From positions 13,268,001-13,332,000 of the forward strand of contig NC_090363.1 of NCBI RefSeq assembly GCF_035084215.1: a DNA stretch of 64,000 nucleotides, in the 5' to 3' direction. The position numbers and the translations under genes were made by a program. Below the pieces are notes generated by a model. The model was not told the origin of the DNA, did not search any database, and was given only the letters and a program-made list of their open reading frames with translations. This DNA comes from Heptranchias perlo (Eukaryota). Positions 1 to 11,616 of this stretch are shown here, piece by piece. Each line of letters starts with the position of its first letter. Positions within the stretch are counted from its first letter, which is position 1.

Positions 1-150
1 GAACTCATCCACAAAACGGTGAAAGTGTATATTTAACCACAAGGGCAGGTATATGGAGTTGGATCACAGATCAGCCATGGTCTTATCAAATGGCGGAGCA
101 GGCACGAGGGGCTGAATGGCCTACTCCTGTTCCTAAGTTCCTAAGTTATC
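1..150 (+). mobile_element. CR1 LINE 3' end fragment
   Basis: 'agatcagccatg...gaggggctgaatggcctactcctgttcct' tail matches other CR1 3' ends in the window (e.g. 19640-19710). Confidence 0.7.
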
Positions 151-392
151 AGGGTTCTTGGGGCCCTCTAAGGGCTCGATTGATAAACTGGTTGCTTGGT
201 GGGTTACCACCAGGGGATGGCTCCAGATTCAATTCTATCCTGAGTTGGCCAATGTACGTATGTGAGCGATTATGTGAGTCAGTCAGTCTATAGCCCGAGC
301 AGGTTCCAGTTTGGCTGTGATGCCATCCAAGCATCCAAGGTGCAATAGCCTGGCTGTCCAGACCCCGCACACTTACAACGTCCAGTTGAGGT

Positions 393-845
393 GTCAGCCT
401 TGGCTCAGTGGGTAGCACTCTCGCCTCAGGGTCAGAAGGTCGTGGGTTCGAGCCCCACTCCACAGACTTGATTGAGCACATAACCCAGGCTGGCACTCTC
501 AGTGCAGTACGGAGGGAGGTGCTGCACTGTCAGAGGTGCCGTTTTGCAGAGGAGACATTAAACCGAGGCCCCGTCTGCCTTCTCAGGTGGACGCAAAAGA
601 TCCATGGCACTATTTCGAAAAACAGCAGGGGAGTTCTGCCTGGTGTTCTGGCCAATATTTATCCCTCAACCAACATCACTAAAAAATAAGATTATCACAT
701 TGCTGTTTGTGGGATCTTGCTGTGCGCAAATTGGCTGCCATGTTTCCTACATTACAACAGTGACTACACTTGAAAAGTACTTCATTGGCTGTAAAGCGCT
801 TTGGGACGTCCAGAGGTTGTGAAAGACACTTTATAAATCCAAGTT
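393..845 (+). mobile_element. tRNA-derived Deu-domain SINE (SacSINE1-like), near full length
   Basis: A-box 'tggctcagtgg', B-box 'ggttcgagcc', conserved body and L2-like tail; many copies in the window. Confidence 0.8.
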
Positions 846-932
846 CTTTTCAGTTGAGGGAGGTATTGAGGGGCCGCAGATGTCGGGAATCTGATTGCCC
901 AGTTTAGTGCTTGGCAAGAAGGTCGGATCGTA

Positions 933-1120
933 GGCAAAATACTGCGGACTCTGGAAATCTGAAATAAAAACAGAAAATGCTGGAGAAGCTCAGCAAGTGA
1001 GGCAGCCTCTGTGGAGAGAGAGAAACAGAGTTGACGACAGGTCTTCGAGCTGAAACATTAACTGTCTTGTTTCTTGCTCCACAGAGGCTGCCCCACTTTT
1101 GCTGAGCTTCTCTGTCTTTT
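933..1120. repeat. Short foldback repeat, possibly a Penelope-derived inverted pLTR remnant
   Basis: 'gaagctcagcaa..gcagcctctgtggag' and its reverse complement 'ctccacagaggctgc..ttgctgagcttc' flank a short spacer; related fragments near 4245-4330 and 57445-57482. Confidence 0.5.
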
Positions 1121-1261
1121 AAAAGGTCAGATCATAACAGCACTGCTTCTAGTGAAGCGATCCAGCATCCTAATTCACATTTAGAACTGCTAAACCAATT
1201 TAAAATTACATCTTGCTGGGATCCCAATGCAAAGGTTCTGTTTGGGGACTGGACCCATTCA

Positions 1262-1820
1262 GCCCCACGGTTGTACCCCACAGTTAGTTACACCCCCCCG
1301 GTTGTACCCCACAGTTAGTTACACCCCCCGGTTGTACCCCACAGTTAGTTACACCCCCCGGTTGTACCCCACAGTTAGTTACACCCCCCGGTTGTACCCC
1401 ACAGTTAGTTACACCCCCCGGTTGTACCCCACAGTTAGTTACACCCCCCGGTTGTACCCCACAGTTAGTTACACCCCCCGGTTGTACCCCACAGTTAGTT
1501 ACACCCCCAGGTTGTACCCCACAGTTAGTTACACCCCCCGGTTGTACCCCACAGTTAATTACACCCCCCGGTTGTACCCCACAGTTAGTTACACCCCCCG
1601 GTTGTACCCCACAGTTAGTTACACCCCCCCGGTTGTACCCCACAGTTAATTACACCCCCCGGTTGTACCTCACAGTTAGTTACACCCCCCGGTTGTACCC
1701 CACAGTTAGTTACACCCCCCCGGTTGTACCCCACAGTTAATTACACCCCCCGGTTGTACCTCACAGTTAGTTACAGCCCCCGGTTGTACCCCACAGTTAG
1801 TTACACCCCCCGGTTGTACC
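1262..1820. repeat. 30-bp minisatellite, about 18 copies
   Basis: unit cacagttagttacaccccccggttgtaccc. Confidence 0.95.
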
Positions 1821-2469
1821 GTGCATGCACTGATTTCCTGTAATTGTCATGATGTCCCAGGCTCAGCTGGAGCTTGTCTGCTGCTCAGTCCCGCCCTGTC
1901 CCACACTCTCTCAGTCCTTAAGGGATTGTTATTTTCTTTTTAAAAAGCAGCATTTTTTTCCCCCACGGTATATTTCGGGGTTCAAGGAAAACACGGGTGC
2001 CCTTACCGGCGGATGCAGTCGAGAAACCCACAGTGTTCATGGCAGGGAGAGCTCCGGGATTTGGCCGGTCAGACAAGACTCCAACTTCAAATCGCAAACT
2101 TCCTCGTCAATATAATCCCCCCCCCCAACTAAACCAATCACAATACAAACATCCTAACGCGTAAGGAGTTCCCATGGAGTAAAATTCAATGAAATTGCAA
2201 AACAGTTCTACCATTTGCTCCTCTGGGAACTTTATTCACTCCCAGTAGTTTAAATCTCTCTGTATTTCCCCTCCCATCGTGAGATTATTAATTACAAATG
2301 CATCAAGCAGTCCCTGTGATCTTCCTTGCTCGGCTATTCCAAGGTATTCGTCTGCTTATTTTAAATCAATATAGTGAATATAATTTTACACCTGCACATA
2401 TTTCCTGTCGCTACAAATTCACATTTCTAACAGAAACTGCCTATGTAAACATGTCACGCTTGTAATTAC

Positions 2470-3107
2470 ACCCTCCCCTTGCTGACCTACATTGGCTCCC
2501 GGTCCGGGAACGCTTCAGTTTTCAAATTCTCATTCTTGTTTTCAAATCCCTCCATGGCCTCGCCCCCTCCCTATCTCTGTCACCTCCTCCAGCCCCTACA
2601 ACCCTCTGAGATCTCTGCATTCCTTTAAGTCTGGCCTCTTGCGCATCCCCAATTTTAATCACTCCACCATTGGCGGCCGTGCCTTCAGCTGCCTCAACCC
2701 TAAGCTCTGGAATTCCCTCTCCTCCTTTAAGTCGCACCTTAAAAGCTACCTCTTTGATCATAGGAACAGGAGTAGGCCATTCAGCCCCTCAGCCCCTCGA
2801 GCCTGTTCGCTACTCAGTGAGAGCATGGCTGATCTGTATCCTAACTCTATTTACCCACCTTGGCTCCATATCCCTTAATACCCTTGGAGTTCAAAAATCT
2901 ATCGGTCTCCGGTTTAAAAATTATTAATTGAGCTGGCATCTGCTGCTTTTTGTGGGAGAGGGTTCCACACTCCTACCAGCTTTTGGTCACCTGTCCTAAT
3001 GTCTCCTTATATGGCTCGGTGCCAAAATTGCCTGATAGCGCTCCTGTGAAGCACCTTGGGAGGTTTTATTGCATTAAAGGCACTATATAAATGCAAGTTG
3101 TTGTTGT
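2470..3107 (+). mobile_element. L2 LINE 3' end, interrupted by a minus-strand CR1 3' fragment (about 2758-2980)
   Basis: LHWLPV..FKILILVFKSLHGLAP-type coding remnant and 'aaggcactatataaatgcaagttgttg' tail; CR1 'ggaacaggagtaggccattcagcccc' inside. Confidence 0.75.
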
Positions 3108-3284
3108 TTAATATCTGATCTCCACTGATTTCAGCCACAGTGCTGTGGGGGAAATAACTTTGGGCTAATTGCCCCAGGGATCCATGAGATGAGAAAACAG
3201 CCAGGGTCAATGTGCCTGCTCATCATTCAGTGACTCCTGCGGACACAATGTGAGGACGTGAATCAGACCCGGAGTTAATGGTCC

Positions 3285-3903
3285 CAACAGTGGCTACGAG
3301 AGCAGGTCAGAGGCTGGGTATTCTGCGGCGAGTGGCTCATCTCCTGACTCCCCAAAGCCTCTCCACCATCTACAAGGCACAAGTCAGGAGTGTGATGGAA
3401 TACTCTCCACTTGCCTGGATGAGTGCAGCTCCAACAACACTCAAGAAGCTCGACAACATCCAGGACAAAGCAGTCCGCTTGATTGGCACCCCATCTACCA
3501 CCCTAAACATTCACTCCCTTCACCACCGGCGCACTGTGGCTGCAGTGTGTACCATCCACAGGATGCACTGCAGCAACTCGCCAAGGCTTCCTCGACAGCA
3601 CCTCCCAAACCCGCGACCTCTACCACCTAGATGGACAAGGGCAGCAGGCACATGGGAACAACACCACCTGCACGTTCCCCTCCAAGTCACACACCATCCC
3701 GACTTGGAAATATATCGCCGTTCCTTCATCGTCGCTGGGTCAAAACCCTGAAACTCCCCTCCTAACAGCACTGTGGGAGAACCTTCACCACACGGACTGC
3801 AGCGGTTCAAGAAGGCGGCTCACCACCACCTTCTCAAGGGCAATCAGGGATGGGCAATAAATGCTGGCCTCGCCAGCGATGCCCACATCCCATGAAAAAA
3901 AAA
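3285..3903 (+). mobile_element. CR1-group LINE (family B) 3' fragment with A tail
   Basis: ORF2 C-terminal region GQRLGILRRV..IYKAQVRSVMEYSPLAW; about 7 copies in the window. Confidence 0.85.
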
Positions 3904-4414
3904 AGCTATCCAATCATTATTCTATATACAAACCATTTGAACTGCGAGGTATCTGTTGCTGTCTCTGGGTGGGATAATTTCTATATGCTGTGTAACTCTA
4001 ATGGATCCTTTCTGAGATTAATGTTTGGTATTTACGGTGATGTGACTGTTTTTTTTTTCCTGCCCGAGTATCATTTGTGCTTTGACACCAACTTTTAAGG
4101 TGCAGTCATATTAAAGGAGCGTGGGCTGAGCGGGACTGAGCAACACAATGAGGAAGTGCAGTTTGGATCGCATTGGGGGCGGTGTTGGGCTGAAATTGTT
4201 GAACATTCGCAAGAGTTTTCGGAACCCAATCTGTTCCTGAAGTGACGAGAGCCTGAGACAGGATTAACGTTGCCTGTTCTGTCTAACAGGTGCTGACTGA
4301 CCTGCTGTGTGTCTCCAGCATTGTCTGTTGCCCTTTTGAAATCGTGTTTGGAATATCTCCTTTCAAGTACAGAAAGCGGTGCGTTGTTATATTTTGGTGA
4401 TTGAGGGTTAAGGT

Positions 4415-4426
4415 GAAAGTGAAAGT
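4415..4426 (+). promoter_or_regulatory. ISRE/IRF element upstream of the TRIM ATG
   Basis: GAAAGTGAAAGT is a perfect tandem GAAA IRF consensus; ETS-like GAGGAAGTG at 4150 and GC box at about 4174. Confidence 0.6.
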
Positions 4427-4438
4427 CAACTGGGGAAG

Positions 4439-4834
4439 ATGGCTTTGAGTTTCAATGAGAGTTTACTGTGCTCCATCTGTATTGAGCTCCTGAATGATGC
4501 GACCACCCTGGACTGTGGGCACAGTTACTGCACGTCCTGCATCACCGAATACTGGGACAACCAGCACCCCAAAGTTTCCTGTCCCGACTGCCGGGTGAGC
4601 TTTCCACGCAGGAGCCTGAAGGCGGTCCACGCCCTGAGGAATGAGGTGGAGAGAATCCGGGGGGATCAGGCTGCGAGGCAGGGCCGGCGGGGAGATCAGT
4701 GCCGGCAGCACGGCCGGCCGCTCACCTGGTTCTGTGAGACTGACATGAAGGCGATCTGTGCGGAGTGTGGAGAGGGAGCAGCTCACCCTCAGCACACACT
4801 GAGGGCCATCAGTGACGCTGTTACTGTTTACAAG
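4439..4834 (+). CDS. TRIM (TRIM39/A33-like) exon 1: RING + B-box2
   Basis: C3HC4 RING CSIC..CGHSYCTSC..CPDC; B-box CRQH..FCETD..ICAEC..HPQH; donor AAG|GT, 396 bp, phase 0. Confidence 0.95.
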
Positions 4835-4864
4835 GTGGGGGTTACATTTCAACATTAGTGTGAT

Positions 4865-5585
4865 GTATGTCTGTGTTTAAAGTGTGTATATGTGTATGTC
4901 TGTGTTTAAAGTGTGTATATGTGTATGTCTGTGTTTAAAGTGTGTATATGTGTATGTCTGTGTTTAAAGTGTGTATATGTGTATGTCTGTGTTTAAAGTG
5001 TGTATATGTGTATGTCTGTGTTTAAAGTGTGTATATGTGTATGTCTGTGTTTAAAGTGTGTATATGTGTATGTCTGTGTTTAAAGTGTGTATATGTGTAT
5101 GTCTGTGTTTAAAGTGTGTATATGTGTATGTCTGTGTTTAAAGTGTGTGTAAAAGTGTATGTCTGTGTTTAAAGTGTGTATATGTGTATGTCTGTGTTTA
5201 AAGTGTGTATATGTGTATGTCTGTGTTTAAAGTGTGTATATGTGTATGTCTGTGTTTAAAGTGTGTGTAAAAGTGTATGTCTGTGTTTAAAGTGTGTATA
5301 TGTGTATGTCTGTGTTTAAAGTGTGTATATGTGTATGTCTGTGTTTAAAGTGTGTATATGTGTATGTCTGTGTTTAAAGTGTGTATATGTGTATGTCTGT
5401 GTTTAAAGTGTGTGTAAAAGTGTATGTCTGTGTTTAAAGTGTGTATATGTGTATGTCTGTGTTTAAAGTGTGTATATGTGTATGTCTGTGTTTAAAGTGT
5501 GTATATGTGTATGTCTGTGTTTAAAGTGTGTATATGTGTATGTCTGTGTTTAAAGTGTGTATATGTGTATGTCTGTGTTTAAAGT
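4865..5585. repeat. 29-bp minisatellite, about 25 copies
   Basis: unit gtgtgtatatgtgtatgtctgtgtttaaa, starts about 30 bp after the exon 1 donor. Confidence 0.95.
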
Positions 5586-7345
5586 CTCTACATATATGTG
5601 TGTGCGTGAGATACAGTATATGTGTGTATATTCTGAATATATGCATGAGTGTGTGATACATGATATGTGTATATATATATTCTGTACATATACATGTGTG
5701 GTTGATACAGTATGTGTATGTGTATATTCTGTACATATACAGAATATGTGTGTATGATACCATATGTGTATATTCCGTACATGCACACATGTGTGATACA
5801 ATGCATGTGTACATTCTGTACATATACATGTGTGCGTGATACTGTATATGTGTATATGTGTATTCTGTACATATATGTGTGTGGTTGATACAGTATGTGT
5901 ATGTGTATATTCTGTACATATACAGAATATGTGTGTATGATACCATATGTGTATATTCTGTACATACACACGTGTGTGATACAACATATGTGTACATTCT
6001 GTACATATACACATGTGATACAGTATATGTGTATATGTATATTCTGCACGTGTATATGTGTGATACTTTATATGTGCATGTATATTCTGTGGATATACAT
6101 GTGTGTATGTGTGATACAGTATATGTGTATATTCTGTACCTATACATGTGTGTGATAGAGTATATGTGTATGTGTATATTCTGTACATACAGAATCATAG
6201 AATCTTACAGCTCAGAAGGAGGCCATTCGGCCCATCGTGCCTGTGCCTGCTCTTTCAAAGAGCTGTACAATTTAGTCCCACATCCCAGCTTTTCCTCGTA
6301 GCCCTGCAAATCAGTCCTCTTCAAGTACATGTCCGATTGCCTTTTGAAAGTTCCTATGGAATCTATTTCCACCACCCTTTCAGGTCGTGCGTTCCAGATC
6401 TTAACAACCCTCTGTGGAAAAAATCTCTCCTCATTTCCCCTCTAGTTCTGTGCCAATTTGCCAATTATTTTAAATCTGGTTAACGACCCACTTGCCAGAG
6501 GAATCAGTTTCTCCCTATTTGCTCCATCAAAACCCCTAATTATCAGGTCTCCCCTTAACCTTCTCTGTTCTAAGGAGAGCAATCCCAGCTTCTCCAGTCT
6601 CTCCACATAACTGAAGTCCCTCATCCCTGGAACCATTCTAGTAAATCTCTTCTGCATCCTCTCTAAGGCCTTCACATCCTTCCTGGAGTGCGGTGCCCAG
6701 AATTGGACACAATACTCCAGCTGAGGCCTAACCAGTGTTTTATAAAGGTTTAGCATAACTTCCTTGTTTTTGTATTCAATTCCCCTATTTACGAAGCCAA
6801 GTATCCCATACACTTTCTTAACCACCGCATCAACTTGCCCTGCCACCTTCAAAGATTTGTGAATATCCATGTGCGTGTGTGATACATTATGTGTATATTC
6901 TATACATGTCCATATGTGTGTGATAGAGTATGTGTATATTCTGTACATATGCATGTGTGCAATACAATATATGTGCATGTGTATATTCTGTACATGTCCA
7001 TGTGTGTCTGTGATACAGTATGTGTATATTCTGTACAAATACATGATACAATATATGTGTGTGTGTATATTCTGTAAGCATCCATGTGTGTGTGATACAG
7101 TATGTGTATATTCTGTACCTATCCATATGCGTGTGATACAGTATATGTGTATACTCTGTACATGTCCACACGTGTGTGTGATATAGTATATGTGTAGATT
7201 CTGTATATGTCCATGCGTGTGTGTGATACAGTATATGTATATATTCTGTACATATACATGTGTGTGATACAGTACATGTATATATTCTGTACATATACAT
7301 GTGTGTGATACAGTATATGTGTATATTCTGTACATATACATGTGC
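5586..7345. repeat. Degenerate TG/TA satellite split by a CR1 insertion
   Basis: recurrent 'tatattctgtacatatac..tgtgtgatacag' on both sides of the CR1. Confidence 0.85.
6192..6868 (-). mobile_element. CR1 LINE 3' fragment
   Basis: LYKTLVRPQLEYCVQFWAP..LEQRRLRGDL; (ttctatga)n tail. Confidence 0.9.
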
Positions 7346-7883
7346 GCATATGGCCTTACAATGTGCTAGCTTTGCTCCATTTGTAGCATTTGTCCCTTTG
7401 GGACAGAAGATTGTGGATTTGAGCCCTCCTATCAGGACCTGGGCTGATAATGCATTGTAGAGGCGCTGTCATTTAGATGAGATGCTAAACATCTTTCAAC
7501 AACAACTTGATTTATATAGTGCCTTTAAAGTGGAGAAAGGTCCCAAGGTGCTTCACAGAGGGATAAGGGGAAAAAATAGATGCTAAACCAAAAAAGGAGA
7601 TATTAGGGAGGGTGACCAAAAGCTTAGACAAAGAGGTGGGTTTGAAGGAACAGCTTAAAGGAGGAGCAAGGTGGAGGGATTTAATGGAGGTGTTCAGGGA
7701 AGGAATTATTGAGCAGGGGGTCTAAGCATGGCCATCAATGGTGGGGTGAAGTGAGGAAGAGGTTGGAGTCAGAGGAATGGAGAATTTGGGGAGGAGTGGG
7801 GGGGGGCAAAAGTTACAGAGTCACTGCATATTGAAGTGATGCTCAAGCTGTTGGGTTGGTATCCTGGGAGGTCAAATCTCTGT

Positions 7884-9102
7884 GTCAGCTGTGGCTCAGT
7901 GGGTAGCACTCTCGCCTCTGAGTCTGAAAGGTTGTGGGTTCAAGTCCCACTCCAGATCCTTGAGCACCTAATCTAGGCTGACATTCGCAGTGCAATACTG
8001 AGGGAGGTGCTGCATTGTCAAGAGGTGCCATCTCTCAGATGAGGCATTAAACCGAGGCCCCATCTGTCCCTCTCAGGTGGATGTAAAAGATCCCATGGCC
8101 ACTATTTCGAAGAAGAGCAGGGGATTTCACCCCTGGTGTCCGAGTCCAATATTTATCCCTCAACCAACAGATTATCTGGACATCATCACATTGCTGTTTG
8201 TGGGACCTTGCTGTAGGCAAGTAATATTTGCACCAGATAAGTGCCAGGCAATGACCATCTCCAACAAGAGAGAGTCTAACGACGTCCCCTTGACATTCAA
8301 CGGCATTACCATCGCCGAATGCCCCACCATCAACATCCTAGGGGTCACCATTGACCAGAAATTTAACTGGACCAGCCATATAAATACCGTGGCTATGAGA
8401 GCAGGTCAGAGGCTGGGTATTCTGTGGCGAGTGACTCACCTCCTGACTCCCCAAAGCCTTTCCACCATCTACAAGGCACAAGTCAGGAGTGTGATGGGAT
8501 ACTCTCCACTTGCCTGGATGAGTGCAGCTCTAACAACATTCAAGAAGCTTGACACAATCCAGGACAAAGCGGCCCGTTTGATTGGCACCCCATCCACCAC
8601 CCTAAACATTCACTCCCGGCACACAGTGGCTGCAGTGTGTACCATCCACAGGATGCACTGCAGCAACTCGCCAAGGCTTCTTCGACAGCACCTCCCAAAC
8701 CCGCGACCTCTACCACCTAGAAGGACAAGAGCAGCAGGTACATGGGAACAACACCACCTGCACGTTCCCCTCCAAGTCACAAACCATCCCGACTTGAAAA
8801 TATATCGCCGTTCCTTCATCGTCGCTGGGTCAAAATCCTGGAACTCGCTTCCTAACAGCACTGTGGGAGAACCTTCACCACACGGACTGCAGCGGTTCAA
8901 GAAGGCGGCTCACCACCACTTTCTCAAGGGCAATTAGGGATGGGCAATAAATGCCGGCCTCGCCAGCGACACCCACTTCCCATGAACGAATAAAAAAAAA
9001 GGCTACAATACAACAGTGACTACAATTCAAAAGTACTTCATTGGCTGTAAAGCACTTTGGGACATCCTGAGGTCATGAAAGGCGCTATAGAAATGTAAGT
9101 CT
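7884..9102 (+). mobile_element. Deu SINE interrupted by family B LINE (about 8214-9000)
   Basis: SINE head 7884-8213 and tail 9001-9102 flank an ORF2 3' fragment ending in poly-A. Confidence 0.85.
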
Positions 9103-9488
9103 TATAAGGTAGGGAGAGGCGGAGGGATTTAATTGGCGGTGGGGGAGGGAGGTGGGTTTAGGGGAGGAATTCCAGAGCGTGGGGCCTAAGCATCTGAAGG
9201 CACAACAGCCAATGGTGGGGTGAAGTGAGAAAGTGTGGCTGCACAAGAGGTTGGAGTCAGGTGGATGGAGAATTGGGGGAGTTGTGGGGCCCGAGGATAT
9301 GGAGTCTGCCTATTTAGAATCATAGAGCGGTTACAGCACGGAAGGAGGCCATTCGGCCCATCGAGTCCGCGCCGGCAATTGATGTTGAAGCTGTAGGGTT
9401 GGTGTCCTGGGAGGTCAAATGAGCTGACGTGCCTCTCCGTCCGAACCCACCTCGTGGTTTTATTTGACCATGTCCTGTTTGACTGTAG

Positions 9489-9584
9489 GGCGAGCTGAAG
9501 GAATCTTTGGACAGACTGAAGGAGGACGAGGAAGTCATCAACCGGGTTCAACTTAAACAAAAACACAACATTTCAGAGATCGAA
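9489..9584 (+). CDS. TRIM exon 2 (coiled coil)
   Basis: tag|GGC..GAA|gtaagt, 96 bp, the typical TRIM-B30.2 exon size. Confidence 0.9.
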
Positions 9585-9673
9585 GTAAGTTCAGGAGGTG
9601 TTGCTCTCACTGTTACTGAGCTACTTGTCCCCACGCTTTCCACTGTAAATATTCGGCTTTCCCTCCTGTGCAG

Positions 9674-9907
9674 AAAGTCTATGCGTCTGAGATGAACCAC
9701 ATCGAACAAGATTTCACTGAAATGAGCCAGTTCCTCAGAGCAAAAGAGCAAAGACTGGTGGAAGAACTGGAGGAAAAGAAGGACGAAATTGTGAAAAGGA
9801 TGGAATTAAGATTGGGGGAAATCCAGGAATGTCTGACATCCACTGGAGCGGAAATCGTAAAGAGGGAGAAACAGATGGAGGAACAAGACAACTTTATATT
9901 CCTGCAG
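9674..9907 (+). CDS. TRIM exon 3 (coiled coil)
   Basis: cag|AAA..CAG|gta, 234 bp, FTEMSQFLRAKEQRLVEELEE. Confidence 0.9.
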
Positions 9908-10199
9908 GTATAGAGGTGGAGAGAACGGGGCTGAGAGTTACAGATTGGTGTGTGTGCGCGTGCGTGTGTGTGTGTGTGTGTGTTTGTGTTACGTGTGTGT
10001 GCATGTGTGTGCATGTGAGTGCGTGTGTGTGTGTGTGTATCAAGGATCTGGTTTCAGGCTCATGTTAATTGCTTGCCAAAATATAATTTCAACCACCTAC
10101 TACTTAAGCAGTCAATCAAACAAACTATGTGATATGTCTAGACAGGGTAACTAAATCTTTTAATGTGGGTTCAACTAATTTTCTTTTCTTTCTTTGAAG

Positions 10200-10222
10200 G
10201 AATTCAGTTTTCTAAGGCAGAG
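10200..10222 (+). CDS. TRIM exon 4 (23-bp mini-exon)
   Basis: polypyrimidine tract, aag|GAATTC..AG|gtatgt; 23 bp as in other TRIM-B30.2 genes. Confidence 0.85.
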
Positions 10223-10320
10223 GTATGTATTTTATTTTAGCCCTGGAAAAACGCCCAAGAGATTAAATGTTGGGACAGCTGCTTCACTTCAGAGGTGCTA
10301 ACGTGTTTTTATATGTACAG

Positions 10321-10436
10321 GCCTCCGGAAGACTTTAAGGCACCAGGTGATATATCTGAAGATCTCTCCTTGGAGATATTAAAAGGCCCTTTACAATACA
10401 GCGTGTGGAAAGAATTGAGGGACGCCATCAGACCAG
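10321..10436 (+). CDS. TRIM exon 5 (linker)
   Basis: cag|G..CCAG|gtga; encodes KGPLQYSVWKEL, a motif typical of fish/shark TRIMs; phases consistent. Confidence 0.9.
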
Positions 10437-11616
10437 GTGAATTGTTAGAAAGAAAGTAAGGCTTGCATTTATATAGCGCCTTTCATGACCTGGTTTGGTA
10501 ACACGGAGCGATCGATTGCCATTTGGAGAATGACTGCAGCAAGAAGGGTCATTTCAAAAAGCATTCTGAGATCTTGAGGCTGATCAGTCTGCCTCCCTTC
10601 CCTCCCCTCTCCCCCTGACTGACTGGCAAGATGGCCTTGATGTATATGAACCTGCCCTCAAGATTTAGTCATGGGTCCGAAACCAGGCCAGAATGGCGGT
10701 CCCAAGTTCTGCTCCATCTTATTTCCGGCAGCAGATCGGGGATCCTGGGATTTCAGGGCATGATCCCATTATTGCACTGCTTTAAGATTGATGGGTAGAA
10801 ATCTGAACGGTTGGAATGAAGAGCTGGATAATGGATCAATCTTAGGAATGTCAGGGTGTAAACACACAGCTCCGAAATCTAGGCCCTGAATTTCGGCGGG
10901 GATAACGCCATTCACCCGTCCTACCAACGGCGAGAGACCGGGAGAATCCCTACGGAAATTCAGGATCCTGGGGCCTGGAGATTGCTTTCCATGGAAGAAC
11001 CGTCACTCAACTCAATCCAACCAATTTGGAGGTTAACCCAGTCCAATCCACACTTAATGGTTCACTGCAACTTTCCCAGATTATCGTTAGTCTGAGCCAG
11101 GACCTTACCCGAGGGCAAATGAGATCAATCCATTCTTACTGATCCTGCTATTCCCTCCTCATCCCCTTATGTTGCTCCGACCAATGCTCTAGATCATTCT
11201 GCTGGCTCAGATGTCTGCAGGACAGAATTCTGGTGGTTGGACGGATTCTAGGGGTGGGTGGATTCTGGGGGGGCGGGTGACTGGTTGGCTGGTGGTAGTG
11301 GGCTGTCTAGCTGGCCCACTTCAAATGGGGGCAGGCTAGCCTTCGATGGCTGACTGCCCCAAGTCTCTGCTCTGCTGTTCCCAGTCTCTAATCCACCTCA
11401 TCGAGCGCTATAAGCATTTGGTTCTCTCTTAAATTTCTGATGTTTATTTTGATTAATCTAAAAGTTGTTTCTGTTCTACTCTCCCTAAGATATAAATGTG
11501 TGACAATCAATTGATAATCATGTTGCAGAAATTGACCTTGAGGTGTCATGGAATTTTTGGTGGCCTTGAATAAATGATGTCTAATATCTTCTTGATCTAT
11601 TTCTGTTTTGTTACAG

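Noticed and set aside
393-470. tRNA gene-like A/B boxes (also 7884, 31550)
   Set aside because: They are SINE heads continuing into the SINE body, not standalone tRNAs
8077-8937. 286-aa ORF as a host gene
   Set aside because: Chimeric read-through from a SINE into a LINE ORF2 fragment
11574-11616. ORF-track start MMSNIF.. for a standalone B30.2 protein
   Set aside because: This is the intronic polypyrimidine tract; the acceptor at 11616 joins exon 5 in the correct phase
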